Virus record (IMG/VR): IMGVR_UViG_3300030108_003878
Coordinates: 1-56,874 of that record
Origin: a virus
Lineage: Duplodnaviria; Caudoviricetes
Length of the DNA: 56,874 bases
Direction: 5' to 3' (one strand)
How positions within the stretch are numbered: the first letter of the stretch is position 1; every line of letters starts with the position of its first letter. A program made the position numbers and the translations under genes. The notes below the pieces were generated by a model. It had not been told where the DNA came from and did no database searches. It saw only the letters and a program-made list of their open reading frames with translations. Below, piece after piece: positions 25,225-35,379 of the stretch.

Positions 25225-28200
25225 TGGTCTTATTTGTGATGGTACTGCAGTTGCTCTTTGCTTTAGTCCATTAGAATCAAAATAAGCAGCCCAAATTCTA
25301 AATGGTAATAAATTACTTGCATTTCCATAATTTTGTTGTAATACATCCGTACCTAATTTAGATACATTAGCTGTATTTGTACCATCATATTGTGGATAAA
25401 AATCTTGTCCAGCTAAAATATTATAACCTCTCCATGCAGCCGACACACTCCAATTTGAAGGACTCCAAGTTGTAGTTAAAGCTTGATCTGTATAAAATTG
25501 TGTTACATATTTTAAAAATGGCTCTCTTGCCCATACTGTTTGCTTGCCTCCTGATAAAGCTAATTGTGTAGCATCTGCAGGGTTATTAGCGCCTGATGTT
25601 GTAACTTGATATGCATATGAAGTAATACTTGGATTAGTTCTTAAATAAGGGTAATACATATCTCCCCAATCTATATTATAAATAAAAAATGGAGAGTTAG
25701 CATACGTATTGTTAGGTAATTGACCTCCACTTATACTACTATCAGGCCAACCCGGAACTATAGGTATATTATTAAAACTTTGATTTCCTTGGCCATAAGG
25801 GTATCTAATAATTAATCTATAATCACCAAATCTATCTTGTGCATCACTATATATTTTGTTTCCATTTCTAGTTTGAGCCATTCCTACACAAAACATTTTT
25901 TTACCCTGTACAGCAATGTAATCTTGATTATTTTGTGATAATGTATCAACGTTGAGTTCTATATAATCTGTTTGATTAGAACTGTTTGTTGAACTAGGAT
26001 CGTTAACCCTAGAACCAAATCCTGCACGGGCTGTATCAGATTCTTCTAATCGGCCTTCATAACTTAAACCTTCGTTACCATTAATAGAATATACAGCATA
26101 GTCATCATATCTATTTAATGTTGTAGATCCCCATCTTATTTCATTTCCTTCAATATCTTTTGCAATTTCCCATGCATCTGCAGCAGCCCCTAACGGTCTA
26201 TATTGTAAAGCCGCTGGAAACTGAACTTTCATTAATTCTGATGTTGATAAATTTTCTGAATATGTTTCTGATATTGCGTCATTATCCATTGAAATATCAA
26301 TAAGTACATACCCTGTACCTCTTGTTAAACCGCCATCAGCCTGAGTAACTGTTGATGTAGCGCTTCCAATTGCATTATAATTACTATTTTGAAATTCATA
26401 AGAAATACCGCCAATAGATGTAGTTATATTTTTTGTTTCAATATAATTACCCGATGTTGGCAAAGTGCTATTCAAAACTAAATTATTACTTCCACCAGGA
26501 GACCAACTGTCCATAGTTCTATCAAGTATGGGCGTAACACTTGCACCTGTACTAACTGCATTAGTTGCATCACTTGTCCAATATATGGCTAAAGAAGAAC
26601 CTCCTGCTGCTAATAAAGATTCTTGAGCTATATTAGCGCCTCTCCCCCAGCCAGGATTAACTGCTGCTTCTCCAAATATTATTTCGGTTGAAAAAGAATC
26701 CGTTAATTCCCCTGCGTCTTTTACTTGTATTGTAACGTCATTTATTCCAGCGGGCGTACCTGTTATAGTAATTTCTCCTGTAACACTGTCTATTGAAAAC
26801 GGATTGTCTGAAGGTTGTGAAGTAATACTGTATTCTAAATCTTTTTTATTTACAGGAGTACTTTCCCCTACTAAAGTTTGTGTGTCAGCACTTCCGTTTA
26901 CCGAATCAAATAAACTATTACCTGAATTCAATGTTGTTTGGCCAGCTGAAGTTGGAATACTTGCTGGTTTAGGGCTTATAGTAGGTGCAACATTTTGTAA
27001 TGATCCTGTAGACGTTAGTGTAGTTCCGTCATTATCAAAAGTAAATTCGTACTGATCGACTACATTAGAATTAGGCCCGTAATAAAATAATTTAGCTGTT
27101 TTAATAGTATAATTATCATAAGTAGCAGGATCATTTTTATCCAATGTTTGACCATTATTTGTACTTTTAGTCATAGTAAAAAATGGCCCATTATCTCCCT
27201 CTTGAATTATTTCATTATTACCGTTTCTAATATTAACAATAGTTAAATTTGATTCTTGTTCAGGTTCTGGCCCGGTAATTATTGCCGCTGAATTAGCTGA
27301 TTCAACACCAAATTGGTCAGCTACAATTGTATCAATAGCCATTCCTTCATTTAAAGAAAAACTATATTGATAAAACCCTGTGGCTAGCCCTGAATTTCCT
27401 GCTAATATGGCAGCATTAAGTGATGAAATTAATCCAGTAGTAGAAGTTTCATAATAAATATTTAATAAGGATTCAACAGGAGTAGTTTCAAATACACCTA
27501 ATTGAAATGTATAAGAGCTAGCACTCGATGCTAAACTACCAATAGGATTAGATGCAATTTGTGTAATTTTAGCAACTAATGGATTTGAAGATGAATTATA
27601 TAATTCAGTAGCGTCCCCCCCATTGCTTACACTAAATAAATCTGTTACTGTTCCTAATATACTAACATTATTATCTACACTAGTTAGTGTATCTGTATTT
27701 GGATAAAATGGAATATTATAAGTTGGAGTAGCTGAATTTTGAGGTGTTACTCTTCCAAATAACTCTACACTACTTTGTGACACTTCTACATTTTCAGATT
27801 CTTCACTTAACTCTTGACTAGAAGATCTAAATTGTTTTTGGTCAGGCCCTACTAAAGTTAAATCTCTAGGTATTTTATTAATGTTATCACTAAATAAAGA
27901 AATAAACCCATCTTCCCCAGCTGAATCATTGCTTGTAACCCCATCAGGCGGACCATCTAATATACCGGCTGTATATACATTATAAAATTCTTGTTCTGTT
28001 TGTTTTATAACCACTTTAAATGAATACCAACCAAGAGGATTATAATCCGCAGACCCTTGATTACCATTATATAAACCAGGTGCTCCACTGCTTAATAATT
28101 TATTACTAGTTATTTCTTGGTTAAATAATATTTTTATAGAATCCCCGCTTAAAGCTGTTATTGGCAAATCCGTAGCATCTTGTGAAGTTCTATAATTATG

Positions 28201-29712
28201 ATATACAGTTGCTGCATCAAATGCTAAATCAGATCCTGAGCTATCAGCTTGTATTTTTTGAATTTGGCTAGTTGATAATAATACAGTTGAGCTTCTACCA
28301 TACCTATCAGATAAAACAACACCAGCCTGATAATTTCTATTTTGCTTTACCGTGCTATTTGGATATTCGGTAATAGCAGTAGTTCCAAAAGGATTATTTG
28401 TAGCTGATCCTGGTAAAGCAAATACTGTTTTTTGTGTTACACCTACATTATAATCTAAAGCTACAGGTGGAGTATGTTTGTCTTGAAAATTGCCATATAC
28501 AACTCTATTAGAAATAATTTCTTGTGATAATGCTCTAACCGGCACTGCATCAAATACTCTAAGTAGTTCACTTTCTGGTAATGTTTTATATGGTTTAGTT
28601 GCTTGATAAGTATATTCTATAGTTGAAGCAGTACCAAAATCCGATTGTTGTATTGTGTCTAATACTTGAACAGATAGTTTATTATCTTCTTTATATAATA
28701 TTTCTATTTCTTTTATTTTAAATTGAGAAAATAAATTATCACCTGTTACTGCTGTATTAGCACCATCTAAAGGTAATGGTATCTGTAATTTTATTTCATT
28801 AACTTTATTTTCCATAAAATTAACTACCGTACTTATATATGCTTTTTCTTCATCTCCAGTTAAAAAATAGCCATCTTGTTTAGGGATAAATGCAGCTTGG
28901 GTAAAAGGAGCAAAAGATGAATATTCATTATCATCAAATCTAAATCTATAACTAAATCTTACAAATCTACTTTCTAAATAATCAGGATCACCCGGATAAG
29001 TAGAGTTATAAGGTGCTGTTGTTCCTTGAAAATAAGGATTTTGCGTAGAATCATTACCTAAGGTAGGGGAAACAACGTCGTACATAGTAGTTTCATACCC
29101 TGTTAAATAAGGTGATGAAGAGCTTGATGGAGCAGCGTCACTTAATTTATATAAATTTATTGGCTGAAATGGGGTATATTTTGCAACAGATATTTGATCT
29201 TCATTAGTATAATAATTAGTATTTTCAGCTGCTAATCTTACATTAATTTTTCTTGGCTGATTCCTATTATCTGTAAAAAATAAAAGATCTTCAATTAAGT
29301 TTACTCCTGTAATTAAATTAGTTGTAGAAAAATTTAACCATGCCCCATTAACCAAAGAAGAAGCAGAATTATTCGCTACATTAAATGCATATATATAATT
29401 TTTAGCACTAGAACTATAACTAATGTTAGTCAAATAAGTAGGATCCGTATAGTCTGTTAAAAATATATAAATTGTATCATCATTTGTATTAGTAAATTGA
29501 CCAATAATTTGCAGATTAGTTGTGCCTGCTAATGAATTGAAGTCCGCTAATAATTGATTACCTAATACATTTTCTAATGCGCCAACATCTGCACTTTCAG
29601 ATTTACTTACTTGAATATTATTACCTTCTCTATATTCCCCTTTTGGCAATAGCCTTGCGTCGAGGTCAAGGTTCATTTTTGACTTTACAAAAGCATTTTT
29701 AACCTCAGCCAT
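25219..29712 (-). CDS. Large tail stabilisation/nozzle protein
   Basis: SKMNLDLDARLLPKGEYR, LLFFTDNRNQPRKIN, FSYRFRFDDNEYS, NRVVYGNF; C-terminal Ig/cadherin-like repeats. Confidence 0.75.
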   Translation of the reverse strand: MAEVKNAFVKSKMNLDLDARLLPKGEYREGNNIQVSKSESADVGALENVLGNQLLADFNSLAGTTNLQIIGQFTNTNDDTIYIFLTDYTDPTYLTNISYSSSAKNYIYAFNVANNSASSLVNGAWLNFSTTNLITGVNLIEDLLFFTDNRNQPRKINVRLAAENTNYYTNEDQISVAKYTPFQPINLYKLSDAAPSSSSSPYLTGYETTMYDVVSPTLGNDSTQNPYFQGTTAPYNSTYPGDPDYLESRFVRFSYRFRFDDNEYSSFAPFTQAAFIPKQDGYFLTGDEEKAYISTVVNFMENKVNEIKLQIPLPLDGANTAVTGDNLFSQFKIKEIEILYKEDNKLSVQVLDTIQQSDFGTASTIEYTYQATKPYKTLPESELLRVFDAVPVRALSQEIISNRVVYGNFQDKHTPPVALDYNVGVTQKTVFALPGSATNNPFGTTAITEYPNSTVKQNRNYQAGVVLSDRYGRSSTVLLSTSQIQKIQADSSGSDLAFDAATVYHNYRTSQDATDLPITALSGDSIKILFNQEITSNKLLSSGAPGLYNGNQGSADYNPLGWYSFKVVIKQTEQEFYNVYTAGILDGPPDGVTSNDSAGEDGFISLFSDNINKIPRDLTLVGPDQKQFRSSSQELSEESENVEVSQSSVELFGRVTPQNSATPTYNIPFYPNTDTLTSVDNNVSILGTVTDLFSVSNGGDATELYNSSSNPLVAKITQIASNPIGSLASSASSYTFQLGVFETTPVESLLNIYYETSTTGLISSLNAAILAGNSGLATGFYQYSFSLNEGMAIDTIVADQFGVESANSAAIITGPEPEQESNLTIVNIRNGNNEIIQEGDNGPFFTMTKSTNNGQTLDKNDPATYDNYTIKTAKLFYYGPNSNVVDQYEFTFDNDGTTLTSTGSLQNVAPTISPKPASIPTSAGQTTLNSGNSLFDSVNGSADTQTLVGESTPVNKKDLEYSITSQPSDNPFSIDSVTGEITITGTPAGINDVTIQVKDAGELTDSFSTEIIFGEAAVNPGWGRGANIAQESLLAAGGSSLAIYWTSDATNAVSTGASVTPILDRTMDSWSPGGSNNLVLNSTLPTSGNYIETKNITTSIGGISYEFQNSNYNAIGSATSTVTQADGGLTRGTGYVLIDISMDNDAISETYSENLSTSELMKVQFPAALQYRPLGAAADAWEIAKDIEGNEIRWGSTTLNRYDDYAVYSINGNEGLSYEGRLEESDTARAGFGSRVNDPSSTNSSNQTDYIELNVDTLSQNNQDYIAVQGKKMFCVGMAQTRNGNKIYSDAQDRFGDYRLIIRYPYGQGNQSFNNIPIVPGWPDSSISGGQLPNNTYANSPFFIYNIDWGDMYYPYLRTNPSITSYAYQVTTSGANNPADATQLALSGGKQTVWAREPFLKYVTQFYTDQALTTTWSPSNWSVSAAWRGYNILAGQDFYPQYDGTNTANVSKLGTDVLQQNYGNASNLLPFRIWAAYFDSNGLKQRATAVPSQIRPT

Positions 29713-29716
29713 TTAT

Positions 29717-30943
29717 TTAAGTTTTTATCCATTTAGATTTATTGCGCATAACTTGCACTATTTCATCTAATTTAATGTTTGATAATCTAATTTTAGCATT
29801 TCTAAGTTTTGCACTTTTTTCATCCCTATATCGTCTTACAATATATTCAGGTGTATTTTTTTTGCTAGCAAGTACCGCATGATTAACATAAGCATATACT
29901 GCATCTTCAGCTAATTTAGGCACTCTTGATTCAATATCATATGCAAGGCCATCTGATATATATTCAAAAATTATGAGCTGGTCTCTTAAATTACTTGAAA
30001 AAGAAACTTTACCTTCCCGGTAATTCATTGTAAACCAACCATTTTTTTGAGTAGTTTCAGGATCTAATCCATAACGTTGGCCCCAAAAACCTTCGTAACC
30101 GTAGCCGTAAAATGCTCCTGGATAAACACCAGCATTAATATTATTAACATCAATATTTCCTGTTATTAAATTATCATTTGCTTCACGCCATCTTTTCTCT
30201 GTTATAGAAGTAGCTTCTAAATTATCTTCAAAGTTATCTTGAATTGGTACTGATTGCCAATCCTCTGGTAATAAGCTATAAGGATTAGATGTTAAAGTTG
30301 TAGGATATATAATATGTTTTACCCCAAGAGCATCTACCCATGACATTTTAACATAATTAACATAATCTTGCGGTAGTGGTATGGATAAATTTTCAGGTAT
30401 TGTAGCTTCTTGTGAATGTATACTTTGCAAAGTGTCATAACTAAATTCTTGTAAAGCGCGTTTTACATGAAAAATTATATCAGTACGTTTAACTTTCTCA
30501 ATTAATTTTCCTGCTCCTACGTATCCTACTAAAAAATTTGTAACTAAATCTGAAACTTTTATATATGCATAACTCCCGTAATTTTCCTCAACTGTATCTC
30601 CATATGCATCTTTATTTCCGTAATAACCACCTGTTAATATTTTAAGTTGTACTACTATATATAATCCTTGAGCCGGAGTTGAAGTAATTGTTATTACATT
30701 ATCTACTACTGTATACTCTGATGTATATTCTGTAAAAGTACCCGGTGTGCCCGATGTGCTTGTATATAGTTTAAAATTATTTAAAGCGTAATCTACCTGA
30801 GTTGGATCATAATTACCAAAAATTAAATCAGTATTAAATGTTGTTGTATAAGTATTATTAGTACCATCAGCTATAAAAGTTTGCGTACCTGCATAATATT
30901 GCGCATTAGTTTCTTGTATTAATCCACCGTCGGGCCTTGCCAT
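29717..30943 (-). CDS. Tail ring/adaptor structural protein
   Basis: LPQDYVNYVKMS, EYISDGL; structural operon position. Confidence 0.65.
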   Translation of the reverse strand: MARPDGGLIQETNAQYYAGTQTFIADGTNNTYTTTFNTDLIFGNYDPTQVDYALNNFKLYTSTSGTPGTFTEYTSEYTVVDNVITITSTPAQGLYIVVQLKILTGGYYGNKDAYGDTVEENYGSYAYIKVSDLVTNFLVGYVGAGKLIEKVKRTDIIFHVKRALQEFSYDTLQSIHSQEATIPENLSIPLPQDYVNYVKMSWVDALGVKHIIYPTTLTSNPYSLLPEDWQSVPIQDNFEDNLEATSITEKRWREANDNLITGNIDVNNINAGVYPGAFYGYGYEGFWGQRYGLDPETTQKNGWFTMNYREGKVSFSSNLRDQLIIFEYISDGLAYDIESRVPKLAEDAVYAYVNHAVLASKKNTPEYIVRRYRDEKSAKLRNAKIRLSNIKLDEIVQVMRNKSKWIKT

Positions 30944-30946
30944 AAT

Positions 30947-31702
30947 TTATGATTTTTTATTTATTTCGTCCATTTGAACTTGCTGAGCAGCCGCTTGAAC
31001 AATTTGTGGGTCTTTAATAATTATACCTGAATACATTAATATTCTTAATATTACTTCACTTTGTTCACTTATATCTAATTCAAAATCTTGAGATCCTGTA
31101 TTTGTTGCGCCATTAAATTCTGCTGAATTATATACATATTGACCTAATGATCCAACAGTAAATCCCCATACTACATCAACTGGTTTGCGAACATATTCTA
31201 CTTGAATATCGCTTTGTATAGTAGTAGGCCTAACAAATAAATAATTATTCTCAAATAAATATGTGGGAAAAGTTTTTGTAGCTTTTGTTAATTTAGACTT
31301 TTCAGAAGTATAAAAGTCATTTCGTTGAAGTCTTTGAACAAGTACTTCATTTTTATATGTTACTTCACCAATTCGGTATAAAGTAACTGATTTACCATAT
31401 CCATCGGTATTGGGTAAAGTAAAATACTTATCGGTAGTTACTGCACTACTATTATATACTGCATTACCAAAAGTTTTAAATACAGCTATTTTTTCGTCAA
31501 TATTTTCTACCCTATCAGCATAATTCATGTCAGTTTGCGGAACACGAATTTGTTGATTTAAATCTTCAAAATATTTTTCAAAGATTTCTAATTGAACCTG
31601 TGTTGCAACATTATTGAATTCATCAGGGGTCATATATCCCCTTTGCTCTTTGTTTAATATTGTCAACACTGTTTGATATACAGTGTTTACGTTTATAGCC
31701 AT
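30947..31702 (-). CDS. Tail tubular/head-tail ring protein
   Basis: NKEQRGYMTPDEFN, YVRKP; structural operon position. Confidence 0.65.
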   Translation of the reverse strand: MAINVNTVYQTVLTILNKEQRGYMTPDEFNNVATQVQLEIFEKYFEDLNQQIRVPQTDMNYADRVENIDEKIAVFKTFGNAVYNSSAVTTDKYFTLPNTDGYGKSVTLYRIGEVTYKNEVLVQRLQRNDFYTSEKSKLTKATKTFPTYLFENNYLFVRPTTIQSDIQVEYVRKPVDVVWGFTVGSLGQYVYNSAEFNGATNTGSQDFELDISEQSEVILRILMYSGIIIKDPQIVQAAAQQVQMDEINKKS

Positions 31703-31720
31703 ATTGATTTTTTATAATAC

Positions 31721-31762
31721 AATAGCAGGCCGAATTAACGGCCTAGCTATTATATATATTAC
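31721..31762 (-). promoter_or_regulatory. Late-promoter-like element followed by a GC-rich hairpin
   Basis: Minus strand GTGTAATATATA then stem ATAGCTAGGCCG-TTAATT-CGGCCTGCTAT before the 31702 start. Confidence 0.5.
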
Positions 31763-31765
31763 ACA

Positions 31766-32590
31766 TTATCCTAATTTTTTTTGTATAGTTTTGTATAAAT
31801 CAACACCTTCATCAGTTTTAAAATATGCGGCCATAGCTGAATAAGGATTTTCATCAAAAGGTACGTTCATTATTTTACGTCCTGTTTTCCCAATACTAAA
31901 AGATCTTTGGTCTTGAGAAAGTTTTATAATTCCTAGCTCTTCAGCATTTATTGCAACATTTCTTAATTGTACATTTTCATCGTTTGCTAATTCTAAAAAC
32001 AATACGGGATTATCTTTAGCATATCTTAAAACATCTCTTCTAATTTCTTTAGAACTCATTTTAGTTACCTCTGAGCCTAAATCAACTCTTAATATAGCTT
32101 CAGCTAAATCAATTTCAATTTCTTTAGCTGCATTTAATGCTTCTATAATTAATTCCATTTCTGATAAATCATCCCCGGCAGACACTACTGGGTCAAACTC
32201 TTTATATTTTGTATTTTTTAAAGGATGATATAATGAAAGTAATTTTTGTAAATTTTGTTGTTGTTTAGGAACAAATAATACGCCATTTCTAAATATAATA
32301 TGCCCTAAAGTAGCTTCTCCTTTTTGTTCATCTACAAAAGGAGACGACTGATTAGTTGCATATCTTAATTCTCTTTGTTGATTTGTTGTTTCATCAAACC
32401 ATAATAATGGATATTTATATGTATGTCTTGATGATATAGTATAAGTTATTGGAGAATGTTCACCTAATAATAAATAGGTTCTATCTTTAATTTCCCAATT
32501 ATTTTTTTTAACTATTGTTTTTGCTACAGGTTGTGAGTCAGGTTTTTTAACTGACTTTACTGCAGGCTTATTTTTTGCTGTTTTTTCCAT
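31766..32590 (-). CDS. Conserved phage protein downstream of major capsid gene
   Basis: 274 aa; RELRYATNQSSPFVDEQ. Confidence 0.7.
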   Translation of the reverse strand: MEKTAKNKPAVKSVKKPDSQPVAKTIVKKNNWEIKDRTYLLLGEHSPITYTISSRHTYKYPLLWFDETTNQQRELRYATNQSSPFVDEQKGEATLGHIIFRNGVLFVPKQQQNLQKLLSLYHPLKNTKYKEFDPVVSAGDDLSEMELIIEALNAAKEIEIDLAEAILRVDLGSEVTKMSSKEIRRDVLRYAKDNPVLFLELANDENVQLRNVAINAEELGIIKLSQDQRSFSIGKTGRKIMNVPFDENPYSAMAAYFKTDEGVDLYKTIQKKLG

Positions 32591-32612
32591 GATAAAATAA
32601 AATTAAATAAAT

Positions 32613-32654
32613 AAAAAAGACAACAGAGGGCAGCGTGCACCACCCTCTTTGCCT
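32613..32654 (-). terminator. Intrinsic terminator after major capsid gene
   Basis: Minus strand AGGCAAAGAGGGTGG-TGCA-CGCTGCCCTCTGTTGTC-TTTTTT. Confidence 0.8.
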
Positions 32655-32664
32655 TAATAAAAAA

Positions 32665-34128
32665 TTATGAAGATGTAAACAATACGAAGTTATTTGCACC
32701 TTGCACACACAAACATCTTTCAGATAGGAAGTGTACTACCATAGAGTCAATGTCTGTAGTGAATGCTCCACCAGCAGAACCTGTTATCCATGATTTCATA
32801 CGTCTATCTTCAGTTTGTGAAGCTCTATACCTAACGTGTAAGAAAGGTCGTCTAATATTTGAGCCAAGAATTTGATCGTATACAGTTGAAGTACCAGCTG
32901 GAATTAAAACTCCATCAATACTAGAAACTGCTACACCACCTCTTGTAGAAGCGTCATTTAAATATTTCCAATCAGTTTTATAAAAATCGTAAGAACCTCT
33001 TCTAAATCCTGAAAAACCAAGATTTAAAGCCATTTCTTCTGAATTTTCAAATAAACCAAAAGCTGTTCCGCCTTGCATACCAGTAGAAATACTAGCAAGC
33101 ATGTCGTCAATATCTAATGAGGTACCTCTATTTAAGAAAAGCATATTTTCTTCAATAGCTCCCTGAGTATCTAAGTTTTTAAGAATACTATCAAATTCGC
33201 CTAATCCAGCAGCAGCACTAAAATTATTTAGTACATTACCTCTTGAATTAATTGCAGCAAATAGACCTTCAGTACCTTTAATACTATCAGCTAATCCAGC
33301 AACCCCTGATCCAGTGGCTGTTTTTTCACCTTCTACTACAGACATTTCTAAATAGTCTTCAAATCTTAATCTAGTTTCAGATTCAGCTTTTAAATACCAT
33401 AAGTAACCAGACGTTCCATCTTCTGTAGCTACTTCAATCCAACCAATCTGAGCCATATCCGAACCATTAATTTCGTATCTGTCTTTAATGATAATAGGAT
33501 TATTGTTAAATTGAGTTAGTATTGGAGTAATACTTTTAATATCAGTATCGCCTGTTCCTTTTCTGTATTCAGAACCGTAAACAAATATTTTAAGACCTGC
33601 TAAAGTTGATCCAGAGGTACCAAGCGTAGAAGAAAGATCGGCGCCCGTGTAAGTTGCTACTGTAATTGTAGCAGTCGCACTACCTGCAGCTACTGTACCT
33701 GTACTATTTGTTACTAAGGCTTTAACCTCAACGCCTGTAGCAGGATTCATAACAACTAAAGTATCATTTTTAGAAATGTTATTATCTACAAAATTAGGCC
33801 CTAAAGTCGAATTTAAAGTAAAAGTTAAATCAGTATCGTTAGCAGCTTTAGTAACATCGTTATAAGCTACGTGTAATCTATTTTGTTCAGACCAAATTAC
33901 CTGGTCAGAAGTCATAGGCATTTCAGCTCCTACCATACGTAAGAAACCTGAAAGAGTTCTATTTCCATATCGTTCTACTTCTTGTTCGTAGATCTCAGGA
34001 AGATATTGCTGTGCAAAATCAGAAAAGTCATCACCTGTACTATCAGTAAATTGAATATAGTTAGTTGATAAAACTTGCTGCTTAGCACTTGGTTTAATTG
34101 TCCCAAATTGGGGAGAAACATTTGCCAT
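32665..34128 (-). CDS. Major capsid protein
   Basis: 487 aa; after scaffold and portal, followed by a strong terminator; QQYLPEIYE...RYG, WSEQNRLH, LGFSGF motifs. Confidence 0.85.
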   Translation of the reverse strand: MANVSPQFGTIKPSAKQQVLSTNYIQFTDSTGDDFSDFAQQYLPEIYEQEVERYGNRTLSGFLRMVGAEMPMTSDQVIWSEQNRLHVAYNDVTKAANDTDLTFTLNSTLGPNFVDNNISKNDTLVVMNPATGVEVKALVTNSTGTVAAGSATATITVATYTGADLSSTLGTSGSTLAGLKIFVYGSEYRKGTGDTDIKSITPILTQFNNNPIIIKDRYEINGSDMAQIGWIEVATEDGTSGYLWYLKAESETRLRFEDYLEMSVVEGEKTATGSGVAGLADSIKGTEGLFAAINSRGNVLNNFSAAAGLGEFDSILKNLDTQGAIEENMLFLNRGTSLDIDDMLASISTGMQGGTAFGLFENSEEMALNLGFSGFRRGSYDFYKTDWKYLNDASTRGGVAVSSIDGVLIPAGTSTVYDQILGSNIRRPFLHVRYRASQTEDRRMKSWITGSAGGAFTTDIDSMVVHFLSERCLCVQGANNFVLFTSS

Positions 34129-34133
34129 GTTGT

Positions 34134-35351
34134 TTAAGTTTTAAATTTTTTAGTTTTAATTTTAAGTTTTGAAGAGTCAAGCCCACTTACTGCTTTTACT
34201 TTTAAACCATTTACAAATACTTCGCCTGAGGCGGTTTGCCGAGGTTCGGTAGTAATATTTTTACTTTTAGCAATTTGTTCTTTAATTGCATCTGTTTTAC
34301 CTTGCTCATAAAAATGATTAATAATAGTATCAGCATTTTTAGCAGTATAAAGTGCTTTGTGATAATTTGATAAATCTGATAATTTACCTTCTTTATTAAG
34401 AAACGTTCCTATAAATTCTGATAAATCATTTTGCGATTTAGCTACACTAGTTGGGTCTTTAATTCCATATCTAAATTTTTTATCTCCTAGCTGAAAATCA
34501 AAACCTTTAAATTCTTCGCTAAAAAATGTATTAGTCCGGTCTATAAAACCTTTTCTATAAGCCTCTTTATTTTGCTCTTCTTCTTTATATCGGTTAAAAA
34601 AGTCTAACGCTTTTTGTTGCTCACTATTAGCTGAAGGCCTTAACTTAATTTCTTCATAATATTTGCTTTTAGTTTGCTCTAAAAAGTTTTTAGCTTTTGC
34701 AACTTCTTCTTTATATGCTATTTGTTTTTTTCTAATGTCTTTAGGTTCATCAATTTCTTTATCAAAATTAAATTCTTCTAAAATTAAATTAACATCTTCA
34801 TTATCTAAATGCGGTTTTGTTTGTCTATAAAATTCTCTTATTAAAGAATTATTATCTACATTACTATAATCCGTATTTAATCTAGCATAATCTTCTATAG
34901 AACCACCTGTGTCTTCCATAAACTTTATAAGCTTTTCTATATTTTCAGGTAATTCTTGTGCTTTATTTTCTTGTAATATTTCTTTTTGTTCCGATGCGGT
35001 AGAGGTAACCTCATTGCTTGGTTCCACTCTTGCCTGCTCAGCATTATCTTTTTCATCTTCAATTAATTCAATTGGAGATTCTTCTTTCGCTTCCGGGGTA
35101 TCGCTATTTTCTTCAGTATTTTCTACTGTTTTTTCGGCGGGCCGTATTTCTTCAACCACTCCTTTGCCGTTTTGACTGTCTTCGGATTTTTTGACAGCAA
35201 CATCGCTATCATTTGCCGCTTGTGTTGAAATGGCATTTTCTTCTTCTTTTTTTGTTAAATCTACTTTAGTTACTTCTTTTTCCGTAACTAACTTTCGAGG
35301 GGCTTTCTTTTTAATTTTAAAAGATCCCTCTTGTTTTACTTCTGTTGACAT
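34134..35351 (-). CDS. Putative capsid scaffolding protein
   Basis: Acidic low-complexity N-terminus, helical C-terminus (HFYEQGK); between portal and capsid. Confidence 0.65.
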   Translation of the reverse strand: MSTEVKQEGSFKIKKKAPRKLVTEKEVTKVDLTKKEEENAISTQAANDSDVAVKKSEDSQNGKGVVEEIRPAEKTVENTEENSDTPEAKEESPIELIEDEKDNAEQARVEPSNEVTSTASEQKEILQENKAQELPENIEKLIKFMEDTGGSIEDYARLNTDYSNVDNNSLIREFYRQTKPHLDNEDVNLILEEFNFDKEIDEPKDIRKKQIAYKEEVAKAKNFLEQTKSKYYEEIKLRPSANSEQQKALDFFNRYKEEEQNKEAYRKGFIDRTNTFFSEEFKGFDFQLGDKKFRYGIKDPTSVAKSQNDLSEFIGTFLNKEGKLSDLSNYHKALYTAKNADTIINHFYEQGKTDAIKEQIAKSKNITTEPRQTASGEVFVNGLKVKAVSGLDSSKLKIKTKKFKT

Positions 35352-35379
35352 AATTAAATAATATAAAATAAGTTAAAAA

